A DNA stretch of 64,000 nt from a virus (lineage: Duplodnaviria > Caudoviricetes): positions 9,772 through 73,771 of IMG/VR virus record IMGVR_UViG_3300037067_001795; one strand, written 5' to 3'. Shown piece by piece: positions 34,633-44,118 of this stretch (position 1 is the stretch's first letter; every line of letters begins with the position of its first letter). The translations under genes and the position numbers were made by a program. The notes below the pieces were generated by a model. That model saw only the letters and a program-made list of their open reading frames with translations. It had not been told where the DNA came from and did not search any database.

Positions 34633-37536
34633 TCAACAGACCATGAACATGATTGGTTTATACGTTGCCGCCGACTCACCGAGCCGAGCAACTACAGTAG
34701 CATTTGTGCCTACGCATACCGCCGATGCCACTATGGCTACCGTTGCAGCCGAAGCAGTAACTGCATTTCCGCCGACTGAAGCACTCGTAGCGGCGACTCT
34801 CACGGTAGCAGCAACGACTACCGTAGCATTCGTGCCTGAGCATATCGCTGTCGCGTGTATCCCTGGCGAAACTACTGTTGCTGCTGCCGCTACTGTTGCA
34901 TTCGTTCCTACGCATACCGCCGCAGCACTCACCGCTACTTTCGCGGCTGCAACTGCGGTGCCATTTGTCCCTGCCGCTACTCCAGCCGCGGCCACGCGAA
35001 CTGTTGCGGCTGCTGCTACTGTGGCGTTTGTTCCAGTACAGACGGCACTGGCGGAAATACCGTTCTTCCGGACGAACGGCTCCAGCGGGAGTGACACGGT
35101 TGACGTATCTGGCAGCGTGTAGAGCTTCGTCGGGACCGTCGCACCTACAGACGTAGACTCGCTGGCGAATACAACGGTTACTGCGCCAGCCAAGTCGGCT
35201 CCAGACACAGTTACGGTGATTTCCCGCGTTGCTGTGCGAGTTACGCTCGTGATCGTGCGTGTCCCACTGCCGTCCGTAAGCGACCAAGCCCCGGCAGTGT
35301 AGCCACTCTTGGCGGCTTCCAAGTCCTCATTCACGGCAATCACCGCTGTGGCACCGCTCGTAGTCACGCTGGTAGCCCGCGGCCCTCGGCCGCCTGATCC
35401 ACCGTACAGTTGAGTAATCAGCGCAGCAGCCCACCGATTACCAACCACCAGCAGGTGTGTATCGGTCGTCGGATGTACGTTATCAATGTAGTCCTGCTCG
35501 ATCAGATTTGGCCCGTAGCCGATGCTCGCATTGTCCGCCCAGGCCTCCATGATCGCGTATCGCAACGTGTCGCGCACGCCTGAAACGGTTGTCACCTCAC
35601 CGAAAATACCCAAATACAGATTGATATCGGCCTGAACGTCCGCCTGAACGTCCGAGATCCATTCATCGAGTGCCGCGTTGTAGGTGGCTTGTGACAGGGA
35701 GGATGAGACTGCGTTTGGTCCCCAGTGAGCAAGGATCGCCCTAAAACTCGTCCCACATGCCGCCGCCTGAGCCTGCATTTCGACATAGGCGGAATTTCCT
35801 TGGACCCATTGTGTATTCCCGGCAACGTCGGTCGACCCGGTGCCTGTCGTTACGAACGCGACAGGCAATTCGATCTCGTCCATGAGATGTTTAGCGAGTA
35901 TCGGCCAGTGAGAACCAAGAGATGTATTGCTATCACATGGGTCATTCGCCTCAGTCCAAGTGTCGTTCTGGTTGAAGACGCTTGGCTTGAGTGTTGCGTG
36001 GTCATGGGTCTGGAGTTGACCGCGCCCCTCCGCGATGGAGTCTCCAACCACAAGGAATATGTCGCCGATGCCAATATAATCAGACGTGTCGGTCACGTCC
36101 GTATCATCCGTAAACCTCACGACGAGGGCACCTTGACCCGCCGCTTGATCCGCGAGCGAGCCAGAGAATGTTCCATCTGCTGGGGCTGCATCAATCGTGG
36201 CATATGCTCCCCCATCCCACGACGCCTCAATCGCTTCGGGAGTACCAGTATAAGTACCACTGATCGAGATGGCGGCCTGATCGCTACCATCGCGTTGTAT
36301 GCACTGATAGGCTACCGGGGAGGTAAGCGTAATCGTCGCATCGGGGGCTGTCGCTATGTTGCCATAAATCGAGAAAATCTTATCTGCATAAGTTGTAGGA
36401 CTTGCAATTGTGGACGGTAATGCACCAGACGAATACGCGGACGATTTATATTTCCCGTCAAACGCAGCGTTGGTATCCATTCTCATGGCCAACGAGCTTG
36501 TGCTGTGGTTCTGCGCCAGCCAATAGGCTGTAGTATTCGTCACAGCCGCCCCGGAATCACACGTCCAGTAACTCCATGTCGCAGGATCGGTCCCACCACC
36601 TGTACCGCTCGGAACCGCCCCATCAGTATCGTCAATCAGGCTTCCTACCGACCCACTACTGTCCGCATAAATGCCGCATGTCACTTCCTCGGCATCAGCG
36701 GTACACATATAGATTTTGTCAACTGTGCCGTCGCCTCCAGCCGCGTACGGACCATAACACCAGACATAATTAGGGCTTGGGTCGGAACCGCTCGCACCCT
36801 TGGTATCGTACCCCACAATGGGATCTAACATCCACGGCCCAGGATGTTTTCTACACCACGCAATCGGCATCTCGATCAGGAGTTCATGGCCCTCCAGTCG
36901 CATCTCACACCACGTCCGCTGTCCATTCGCTGCAATCATCTCTGGGCGGTAAATATGCCCAAATTTACCTGTGGCCCAATCTACCAATAACTTTCCGGTT
37001 CTCCGGTCTGTAACCGTACCACGCTGCGGCACGTAGATTGCATAACTGCCGACCACATTTTCGGGTCGGAAGTCGCGGCAAATGATGCTGCCGACGTCAT
37101 CGCGAGTAACCGTCCACCCATTTTCATCGAGATCCCCAACTAGCGGCGGTTGATAGTGCCACTCCAAATCGCTGGGCATGTCCACAATAAACCGCTCAAA
37201 AGCTGGGATATCGTCGATGGAACAGTAAGATACGTCCCACTCGATAGCATTGCCAGTGAGATCCAGTTGCAATGGTTGATGAAAAGTATGTCGGCATTTC
37301 CCGACCGTTATCTCCACGGCATCGGCACTGACTATCGGGTCGGATCGACCGCTGGCCAGTTTCTGCCTCGCAGACGTTTCCGCGTGCCGTAACGACATGC
37401 AGACGCCAGCGATGAATTTACGTGAGGATACATCCGGCAGGAAGAGAGCGTCATCACTTCCCAGAAGCACAGAGGACGCACTGCGAACACGGGCTCGAAA
37501 CTGCGTGGCGTTGGTTGTGCGGCGAAAGGGCATCAT
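34633..37536 (-). CDS. Large tail protein with SGNH/SASA carbohydrate esterase domain and Ala/Val/Thr repeats
   Basis: GDSIAEG, HWGPN, DNVHP (Ser...Asp-x-x-His); C-terminal GTNATVAAAATV repeats; start chosen at the ATGA overlap. Confidence 0.7.
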   Translation of the reverse strand: MMPFRRTTNATQFRARVRSASSVLLGSDDALFLPDVSSRKFIAGVCMSLRHAETSARQKLASGRSDPIVSADAVEITVGKCRHTFHQPLQLDLTGNAIEWDVSYCSIDDIPAFERFIVDMPSDLEWHYQPPLVGDLDENGWTVTRDDVGSIICRDFRPENVVGSYAIYVPQRGTVTDRRTGKLLVDWATGKFGHIYRPEMIAANGQRTWCEMRLEGHELLIEMPIAWCRKHPGPWMLDPIVGYDTKGASGSDPSPNYVWCYGPYAAGGDGTVDKIYMCTADAEEVTCGIYADSSGSVGSLIDDTDGAVPSGTGGGTDPATWSYWTCDSGAAVTNTTAYWLAQNHSTSSLAMRMDTNAAFDGKYKSSAYSSGALPSTIASPTTYADKIFSIYGNIATAPDATITLTSPVAYQCIQRDGSDQAAISISGTYTGTPEAIEASWDGGAYATIDAAPADGTFSGSLADQAAGQGALVVRFTDDTDVTDTSDYIGIGDIFLVVGDSIAEGRGQLQTHDHATLKPSVFNQNDTWTEANDPCDSNTSLGSHWPILAKHLMDEIELPVAFVTTGTGSTDVAGNTQWVQGNSAYVEMQAQAAACGTSFRAILAHWGPNAVSSSLSQATYNAALDEWISDVQADVQADINLYLGIFGEVTTVSGVRDTLRYAIMEAWADNASIGYGPNLIEQDYIDNVHPTTDTHLLVVGNRWAAALITQLYGGSGGRGPRATSVTTSGATAVIAVNEDLEAAKSGYTAGAWSLTDGSGTRTITSVTRTATREITVTVSGADLAGAVTVVFASESTSVGATVPTKLYTLPDTSTVSLPLEPFVRKNGISASAVCTGTNATVAAAATVRVAAAGVAAGTNGTAVAAAKVAVSAAAVCVGTNATVAAAATVVSPGIHATAICSGTNATVVVAATVRVAATSASVGGNAVTASAATVAIVASAVCVGTNATVVARLGESAATYKPIMFMVC

Positions 37537-38096
37537 GTAACGTATTTCAACAACCTCGAATAGCTTCCTGTTCCACCCACCATCAACACTGACGGGGCGT
37601 TGGTCAGGCCCGGTGTCTCGTCTCGTTTCGCGTAAATCTCGAATCCAATTCGCTTGCGATAATACAGGGAGTGCCTCGGGTGGCACTCCATTAGCACGGT
37701 TGGCTCTCCATGATCCATCAACATCTTTGCGGTCGCTGCCATTAACGCCGCCGAAACCGCGTGGGACGAATGGCACTCAATATCCGTCGCCATCCTCCAA
37801 CACGTCGCCAGCTTGTGCCACATCCTCAACTCACCAGTCTCGTCTGGATACTCACTATCTGTCGGCAGTCCTCGTGGCCCGTCGAATGTTGTCGTCATCG
37901 TGCCTACCAGCCGCTCGCCATCCACCGCGACAAGCGGAACGGTGTCGGAAATGCAATCGAGGTGCTGATAGTGGGAAAACATGCCATCCATTTCGGGCGT
38001 TATCAATCCTCTGCGTAGGTATTCAGCGTGAACCAGCCGCCAGATCCAAGGTAGTTCAGCTTCGGTCGCACGCCGTACGGTGACGGCGGTGGACAT
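37533..38096 (-). CDS. N-acyl amino acid synthase (FeeM-like) GNAT acyltransferase
   Basis: LVHAEYLRRG, VGTMTTTFDGPRGLPTDSEY, HPRHSLYYRKRIGF, APSVLM. Confidence 0.7.
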   Translation of the reverse strand: MSTAVTVRRATEAELPWIWRLVHAEYLRRGLITPEMDGMFSHYQHLDCISDTVPLVAVDGERLVGTMTTTFDGPRGLPTDSEYPDETGELRMWHKLATCWRMATDIECHSSHAVSAALMAATAKMLMDHGEPTVLMECHPRHSLYYRKRIGFEIYAKRDETPGLTNAPSVLMVGGTGSYSRLLKYVT

Positions 38097-38107
38097 GTAT
38101 TTCCTTT

Positions 38108-38326
38108 CTACACCATGCTAGCAAGGAATTTGATTGCGATCACCCCAACGACAACAGCCAATACGATCCAGAAAATGGTCACGATGAACGCTGGAATGAC
38201 GATGCCGGCCTGCTTAGAAACAACCATGGCAATTCCAACGACGCCCGCTACAACAATCGCGATGATTATCCACTGGATGAATCCAATTGCAGCAAAGTTC
38301 ACAGATAACGGTAACATTTGAATCAC
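38108..38326 (-). CDS. Two-TM membrane protein (holin-like)
   Basis: Two long hydrophobic helices. Confidence 0.55.
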   Translation of the reverse strand: MIQMLPLSVNFAAIGFIQWIIIAIVVAGVVGIAMVVSKQAGIVIPAFIVTIFWIVLAVVVGVIAIKFLASMV

Positions 38327-38607
38327 TCCTTTAGGCGGTCTAGGATGTCATCAAGACGTAGCATCATGTTTCTCTGACCAGCCACTATCTCCTTCTCCAT
38401 CTCGTCCTGACGTGTTTCCACACGACCAACTCTCTCAGCAGTATTGCTCGACATGTTCATGGCTGTACCGACACCACCAAGCATCAGCAAGAAGAAACCA
38501 CCGAGGAATATCAGGGTCCAGAGTGTGCTCCCATGCCGCTCACGGCATCTGGCATGCGTCACATACTCATCATCTCCGTTGGTGCTTGCTTTTGCTCGGG
38601 TACTCAT
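38323..38607 (-). CDS. Single-TM plus coiled-coil protein (holin-like)
   Basis: LWTLIFLGGFFLLMLGGVG followed by RVGRVETRQDEME. Confidence 0.55.
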   Translation of the reverse strand: MSTRAKASTNGDDEYVTHARCRERHGSTLWTLIFLGGFFLLMLGGVGTAMNMSSNTAERVGRVETRQDEMEKEIVAGQRNMMLRLDDILDRLKE

Positions 38608-38619
38608 CCAGCCATCCCT

Positions 38620-39042
38620 TCAGTCTGCCACTATAATCGTTCCGTACCAGATGCCCCCCTTGGTCACACCAATCCAGTCTCCGTATCGCTTGTGCGGCTT
38701 GCTCACGACCCCCCAATGCCCGCTCGACTGCCTCCATGCATCATAAAGATTTCGCACTATAACTTCTTCTGGAGCATCTGCTAAGTTAGCATCAGCCTGA
38801 GCAGTTACCTCCACGGCCTTCATCTGCAGCTTGCTACGTATCTCACGGTACCGTGCATCCCACTGAGGATGACCATCCCTTCGGTAGCCCCTAGGCCCCT
38901 TCCTGGTAAGAAGCTTCGTGCAATCCTCGGCCAGCTTGACCAACAAGTCATCCCGAACGCCTTCCTGGAACTGCACGCCCGGATAGAGCCTCGCACCGAG
39001 GACCAGCGGAGACTCATCCGTGGGCGGCAGGACCTTACTCAT
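38620..39042 (-). CDS. CAP/SCP-like domain protein
   Basis: LYDAWRQSSGHW...IG...GIWYGT resembles the CAP motif WxxSxGH. Confidence 0.5.
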   Translation of the reverse strand: MSKVLPPTDESPLVLGARLYPGVQFQEGVRDDLLVKLAEDCTKLLTRKGPRGYRRDGHPQWDARYREIRSKLQMKAVEVTAQADANLADAPEEVIVRNLYDAWRQSSGHWGVVSKPHKRYGDWIGVTKGGIWYGTIIVAD

Positions 39043-39794
39043 GAACTAAATCCCAAGTCTACGGCAGTCTGCAGTGCGATCGCACCGTAGCCGAAGTTGA
39101 TGTCCGAAATGTGCTTCTCGTGGAAGCCGCTTCCGTTGTAGTAGTCCGATCCGTAGGAACCACAGACCTTCACAATCCCTCCCGGCTTCAGACCGACCAA
39201 CAGCTCTGAGTGACCGTTCCAACCAATCACCACAGGACGCGTCTTGAGAATGGCTGTGCCTACCTCGTCCACGTTCTCGCAGTCGAGTCCCTCAAGGGGC
39301 TTGTACTTCTCTGCGGCAGCGTAGGCCTCCGCAGACGGCTTCTTGTTCGGCCCCATGCTTCTACCCCAGATGTCTTCGGGGCAGCAGCCAATCTTCTGCA
39401 GCAGTGTGAAGTTCTCGTCAATACTGGTGCCTACGCGCGGTCCGCCACGCCAGTTGACGGCGATGCCGTAGGCGAACCACGGATTGAACTTGGGTACGAT
39501 CACATCAGCCCCATGGATCAACCGGAGCATAGTTTCTACGGCCTTATGCCAAGACTCCATGGCGCACGACCCGTAACCATCCTGGTCATAGAACTCGCCG
39601 ATCCGGTCGCTGAAGTCAACACACCCCCCCGGAAGATCGGCGAGGATGCTGTCCCACTCTGCACGTGGGATCACTTCCAGCTTGTCTTTGGCTAACGAAC
39701 AGACCGTACCCGGCTTGTTCTTGCGCGGGAGACAGCCTGTAGCCCTCGGCTGTTGAGGAGTCCATACAGAGCCGTCTTCGTATCTGTCGCTCAT
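39039..39794 (-). CDS. Papain-like (C1) cysteine peptidase
   Basis: DQDGYGSCA (Gln and catalytic Cys), GHSELLVG (His), GSYG. Confidence 0.8.
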   Translation of the reverse strand: MSDRYEDGSVWTPQQPRATGCLPRKNKPGTVCSLAKDKLEVIPRAEWDSILADLPGGCVDFSDRIGEFYDQDGYGSCAMESWHKAVETMLRLIHGADVIVPKFNPWFAYGIAVNWRGGPRVGTSIDENFTLLQKIGCCPEDIWGRSMGPNKKPSAEAYAAAEKYKPLEGLDCENVDEVGTAILKTRPVVIGWNGHSELLVGLKPGGIVKVCGSYGSDYYNGSGFHEKHISDINFGYGAIALQTAVDLGFSS

Positions 39795-40600
39795 TGCAAG
39801 GCCTCCTTCAGCTTGGTCAGGGCTTCAGCAGCCGTGGCAGGCAGCTCACCAGCGTGAACGAAATAGGGGGCGTCCAACTGGTTGGCTTGGTCTGGTAGGA
39901 CACTGACCAGTATCGCAGGGAGACTTAGGCCCAGCTCCTGCACCTTTTCCTTGTACGGGGCTCCCCAGTCCCCCAGCGTCGGTGTATCCGGGTCCAGGTA
40001 GCGGTAACGGTGGGAGGGGGTGGTCCGCAGGTAGCTGTCCAGCGACCGTATCACTGCCGCTTGCGACGCCGTCAGGTCCTGTGCCTCTGCCAGTACCAGG
40101 GCTAGCCGCGTCCCCTTGGGTATCGGGCCTGGCTGCGGCTCGGGATCGGGGAAAGGGTCCGGAGAGTCGCCCTCCACGACGACCGTATGCTCTACTAGCT
40201 GATTCTGCCCGTAGTTCCAATCCACTAACAGCCTATACTCCCCAGGTTCAGCTACTCCAAACGTAAGCTGAGGCCGCATGGTGGCCCCCCGAGGAGAAAA
40301 GACTATTGTGCCCTCCACGTCCAGCGGAGTCATAGCGTGACCCGGCATGGCCACGTAGGCGAACATCCTGTCTTCGCCAGTCAACCACTCAAGTTGATCC
40401 ACTAGAGGCTGCGATAGGTCAATAGCCGGCGTGCCAACCAAGCGGAACACGACCACCTCACCAGCATCGGCCTTATCCGGCCCGCTGATACTAATCGGCT
40501 CGGCCACGGCAGCCTGTGCCGGACCGAACCCTTCCACCTTCAGGTCTTGGCCCAGAGCCGGAGTGGCCAGAGCCAAGACCATGATAAGCCTGCTGATCAT
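39791..40600 (-). CDS. Secreted hypothetical protein
   Basis: Signal peptide MISRLIMVLALATPALG; PDP linker. Confidence 0.65.
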   Translation of the reverse strand: MISRLIMVLALATPALGQDLKVEGFGPAQAAVAEPISISGPDKADAGEVVVFRLVGTPAIDLSQPLVDQLEWLTGEDRMFAYVAMPGHAMTPLDVEGTIVFSPRGATMRPQLTFGVAEPGEYRLLVDWNYGQNQLVEHTVVVEGDSPDPFPDPEPQPGPIPKGTRLALVLAEAQDLTASQAAVIRSLDSYLRTTPSHRYRYLDPDTPTLGDWGAPYKEKVQELGLSLPAILVSVLPDQANQLDAPYFVHAGELPATAAEALTKLKEALQ

Positions 40601-40643
40601 TTCACGTCTCCTTGTATGATTGCCCCTGACCCGTGCGGAAATC

Positions 40644-40946
40644 CTAGCCCATGAACATCATGATAAGGGGCAGGATCTTCTCAATGAATGCAATGAGGGC
40701 CTCGAAGAATGAAGCCCAATCTCGCTTGTCCTCGGTAGCACACAGTTCCATCTCGTCGGCATTCTTCGCTGCAATCTCCACGGCGATCGCTGTCGCAATC
40801 TCCTTGGATGTCATGTCCTTGTTGATGATGCCCCGTCGCCGAAGGCTGCGGGCAATCTTGAGGCAATTCCATCGATTGGCCCCGAGCCGTCTTGCATGCT
40901 TGTCGCTAATAGGACGAATGGCTTCCACGGTTGTTCCAACACTCAT
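40644..40946 (-). CDS. Hypothetical protein with hydrophobic C-terminus
   Basis: DWASFFEALIAFIEKILPLIMMFMG. Confidence 0.6.
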   Translation of the reverse strand: MSVGTTVEAIRPISDKHARRLGANRWNCLKIARSLRRRGIINKDMTSKEIATAIAVEIAAKNADEMELCATEDKRDWASFFEALIAFIEKILPLIMMFMG

Positions 40947-41197
40947 GACTCGCTCCTTGTTGAAATGTTTGCCCCTACTGGAATTTCAGTCTCTCCGACC
41001 TTGGGATTCACATCAATCCCGTTCTTCGCAATCGATTGCATCAATGCATTGATCTGCTCAAGGATGCTCTTGGCCACGACCAGCAGCTCCTTGAGTGTGT
41101 CAAGTTGCTGATCAGCCTTGCTCAGCGTCTTCTGGCTTTGAGCGATAGCTTGTCGACCCTGTGCCATCGTTGCTCTTGCTTCTCCCCTAAGTCCCAT
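40943..41197 (-). CDS. Coiled-coil hypothetical protein
   Basis: Heptad pattern; overlapping operon. Confidence 0.55.
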   Translation of the reverse strand: MGLRGEARATMAQGRQAIAQSQKTLSKADQQLDTLKELLVVAKSILEQINALMQSIAKNGIDVNPKVGETEIPVGANISTRSES

Positions 41198-41663
41198 GAA
41201 TCACCTCTGCTTTGAATCGTGGGCCAGCCAGCCGAACCCACATCCAGATATTGTGTGCCTTGGTGTGTGACGCACCGTTGGCTATGCAGGCGTTTCGTAG
41301 ATCACAATGAGCTACAGTTGAATCGCACGGATACGGCGGAGTACACTCCCAATCATGTACCACGAACGCGGGCAGGCAGTCAGACTGATCCGGCGGATAC
41401 AACCACCAGAACAAGAACGGCACTGAACCACCATCGAACACGAATCCATGCTCTACAAGAATCTTGCGACGGTTAGCTGTTATGAATAGTACATCTTCCA
41501 GCAGCCGATACTGTGGCTTCTTGACCCAGAAGAAGATCCATCCCAGCAATCCCCCCAGTCGCTTACCAGCAAGATGTCGCAGTGACACCTCCTGAAAGGC
41601 AACCGGAGCCTCAGTGGCCGGATCAGCAAAGTATCCGTGGGGGTATTGGTTCATCGTACTCAC
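41187..41663 (-). CDS. DUF1353-family protein
   Basis: GFVFDGGSVP...AFVVHDW...VRLAG. Confidence 0.8.
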   Translation of the reverse strand: MSTMNQYPHGYFADPATEAPVAFQEVSLRHLAGKRLGGLLGWIFFWVKKPQYRLLEDVLFITANRRKILVEHGFVFDGGSVPFLFWWLYPPDQSDCLPAFVVHDWECTPPYPCDSTVAHCDLRNACIANGASHTKAHNIWMWVRLAGPRFKAEVIHGT

Positions 41664-42022
41664 ACGATCGTGGGTAGGGCGTCCTTGTACCGTCGCAACG
41701 ACACGACTCGTCGATAGTTCCGAGCCTTCAAGTCCGGCGTCTTCCGCATGCTCACTACTTCGTACAGGTCAGTCGGCGGAGTAGGCAACGCAGACAATCG
41801 CCCCAGACGCATGATGCTGTCCAGGGCTATGTCACGGTCCACTACAACCGTTGCGTCTGCTGCGATAGGCGTGCCACGTGCCGTAGCAGACTGGCTCTCA
41901 GCATCGGTCCATCGCACCTTCAGCTCCACGCCAGCAGACACAGTAGCTTCGCCGTTGTTGTCGTAGCTGCTAAGAGCCCACAACACAGCGTATTCATTCA
42001 GCTCTGTAGTTTCTACTGGCAT
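41660..42022 (-). CDS. Head closure / head-tail adaptor
   Basis: VRW, TVVVDRDIALDS; position. Confidence 0.65.
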   Translation of the reverse strand: MPVETTELNEYAVLWALSSYDNNGEATVSAGVELKVRWTDAESQSATARGTPIAADATVVVDRDIALDSIMRLGRLSALPTPPTDLYEVVSMRKTPDLKARNYRRVVSLRRYKDALPTIV

Positions 42023-42026
42023 GGAC

Positions 42027-42437
42027 CTAGCCTCTGTCTACATAGTCAGTCTGCTCGCTCTGCTTCAGCCCCAGCCACAGCATGGAGGCCTTCGGCTTGC
42101 CCTTGTTGATGGCAGCCAACGTTCCAGTGAAGTCCATGGTCATGGCATTCTGCCCGTAAGCCGTTCGCTCCAGGTGCATTCCATACTGTCCCTGGAAACT
42201 ACCGCTAGCACCATCCGTACTCTTGCTCTGGTAACCCTGATCCAGCGACTGGTAGAAGTGGGCAGCCAGATGCCGCTCAATCTCTTTGAGCAACGCGTCT
42301 GACAGGATCCCGTCAGTGTCCAACGTGTCCACACGATCCGTGAGGGCGTTGGCAGCCGTAATGAACGGCGTCATGTCTGTCGTACCGTCGTTGTCTACGA
42401 TGTCACGGACTTCTGCTTGGGTTACGCGAGCAGCCAT
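42027..42437 (-). CDS. Head-tail connector protein
   Basis: IERHLAAHF, TAYGQ. Confidence 0.75.
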   Translation of the reverse strand: MAARVTQAEVRDIVDNDGTTDMTPFITAANALTDRVDTLDTDGILSDALLKEIERHLAAHFYQSLDQGYQSKSTDGASGSFQGQYGMHLERTAYGQNAMTMDFTGTLAAINKGKPKASMLWLGLKQSEQTDYVDRG

Positions 42438-42441
42438 GGTC

Positions 42442-42771
42442 CTACTCCATTGCCTCACGGATCTTGGCGACAAGCTGCTTGGCCTTCTCTTTGCCCGTCA
42501 GCTTGATGCCGTTGCTGTCGGCAAACTCCCGCAGCTCGTCCTCGCTCATGGCTTCCAGCCCGTCGTCTGGCATTGTTGCGACAGGCTCCGCCGTTGCCAC
42601 AGCAGCCTCGTCCACAGGGTCTTGAAAAGCCTCCTCGTCGGTGACCCGCGCATACTTGCGTCCACCGCGATTGTGCTTGAGCAGGTTGCTCTTGCTGTCC
42701 ACAATGTCACCCTGGCGATACGTAATACCACCTTCACGGTGACTACCAGCCAACACGCGAAACTTCGTCAT
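42442..42771 (-). CDS. Small head protein with HeH/Rho-N-like tail
   Basis: YRQGDIV; LEAMSEDELREFADSNGI. Confidence 0.65.
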   Translation of the reverse strand: MTKFRVLAGSHREGGITYRQGDIVDSKSNLLKHNRGGRKYARVTDEEAFQDPVDEAAVATAEPVATMPDDGLEAMSEDELREFADSNGIKLTGKEKAKQLVAKIREAME

Positions 42772-42812
42772 TAGAGTTGCTCCTTGAAGTATTCGTTGTC
42801 ATAGAATAAGGG

Positions 42813-42851
42813 GCCCTCCCATCGCATAATCGGCACTACGATGGGAGGGCA
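42813..42851 (-). terminator. Hairpin after the major capsid gene
   Basis: GCCCTCCC(C)ATCG...CGATGGGAGGGC inverted repeat; weak U tract. Confidence 0.45.
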
Positions 42852-42869
42852 GGGGCAGGTGGATTACAC

Positions 42870-44042
42870 CTACGAGGTCGTGGCGTGCACGATGCCCGCA
42901 CGACCGCTGTAGTCAGCACGCAACTGAGGCACCATGATCGCCATGACCTTGAAGTTCAGTTGCATTCCGCCACGGGTTTCCCACTGGACCGTGGTGATGT
43001 CCATGCCATTGACGGCACGGGCAACGTCCGAGGTCATCTGGACCAGCAGCAGCGTGAAGTCGTCAGTGAGGAAGTCCAAGCGGCGGACGTCCTGGATACC
43101 CTCGATCTTGCGCAACCGTTCGCGCAGCGTCTGGGTTGGCGCAGCCATGCCCGTCGTGGCCAACGCGAAGTAGTCGTTGTCCAGATAGGTGTCCCAGTCG
43201 TCGGAGTGGTAGAGCATGTATGGACCATAGAAGTGGTCGTCGTACAGCAACTGACGCATCTCCAGAACGTCCTGCACAGTGCTCGACGGATTGCTGCCCG
43301 TCGGCGTGGTCAAGTCCGTCTTCTCGTTGCGCTGCGGGAAGTTGGTGTACCCGTACACCGTGGGAATCTCATAGTCAGCGTAGTTGGCAGCCTTACCGAA
43401 GCTGATGCCAGTCTCAGCTCCGATGAGGGTCTTCTCAACCATCTCAGCGACACGGCGACCGGCAGCCTCAGCCATGGTCAGGTCCAGGGGCGTGCCGCTA
43501 TTGCGAGACACCGCAAGATTGCGCTGGCTAAACCAGAACGAGCTGTGCGTGATCGGCAGAGGCAGACCACGGTTCTTAAACAGTGGACTGTCGGTGCGTC
43601 CCTCGGTGAGACCGTCCATGTCCACGATGGCCTCGCCAGGATCACTCATGGCTTCACTTTCCAGCACGGTCTTGGCCATGCCGTTGAAGCCACCGAAGCT
43701 CGACGCAGCCGCAAGATCAGTCCACGCACGCAGACGCTGACGGGCTTCCTTCAGAATCTGGCGATCCATCTGGATCCACTCGTCCTTGCGCAGGCTGGTG
43801 GCATTCCACACGGGCGTGCCCATACCGTTGGACGCCAACTGGCTGATTAGTGCCTTCTTGTACTCAGGCACGTACACACCAGTCTTGTCCTTGACCTTGC
43901 GTCCCGTATTCACGGTAACGCAACGCTGACCACGCTCGTCGAAGTAGGGGCGCATCATGCCGGGATCGAACCGGCAACCAGCGAGGGCACCAGCCACGTC
44001 TCCGTAGCCCTGCCCGTTTTGCACGAAGTCTTGCACGAACAT
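42870..44042 (-). CDS. Major capsid protein (HK97 fold, Linocin/encapsulin-like)
   Basis: ATSLRKDEW..MD, LPLPITHSSF, YGYTNFP, DDHFYGPY, MVPQLRAD. Confidence 0.88.
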   Translation of the reverse strand: MFVQDFVQNGQGYGDVAGALAGCRFDPGMMRPYFDERGQRCVTVNTGRKVKDKTGVYVPEYKKALISQLASNGMGTPVWNATSLRKDEWIQMDRQILKEARQRLRAWTDLAAASSFGGFNGMAKTVLESEAMSDPGEAIVDMDGLTEGRTDSPLFKNRGLPLPITHSSFWFSQRNLAVSRNSGTPLDLTMAEAAGRRVAEMVEKTLIGAETGISFGKAANYADYEIPTVYGYTNFPQRNEKTDLTTPTGSNPSSTVQDVLEMRQLLYDDHFYGPYMLYHSDDWDTYLDNDYFALATTGMAAPTQTLRERLRKIEGIQDVRRLDFLTDDFTLLLVQMTSDVARAVNGMDITTVQWETRGGMQLNFKVMAIMVPQLRADYSGRAGIVHATTS

Positions 44043-44118
44043 CAGGTTATCTCCTTAAACGGGTTTTCTTATCAGTCGCGGTAGCTTGCTCTAAGCAGAC
44101 CACCCACAGGGCTACAGA

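Noticed and set aside
37537-37776. N-terminal extension of the 1047-aa ORF
   Set aside because: Overlaps the GNAT gene in another frame; the ATGA-coupled start at 37536 is more plausible
42885-43850. Long antisense ORFs opposite capsid, UvrD, ParB, MuF and portal genes
   Set aside because: Shadow frames of high-GC3 genes with no motifs, unlike 48517-49197, which has HTH and nuclease motifs
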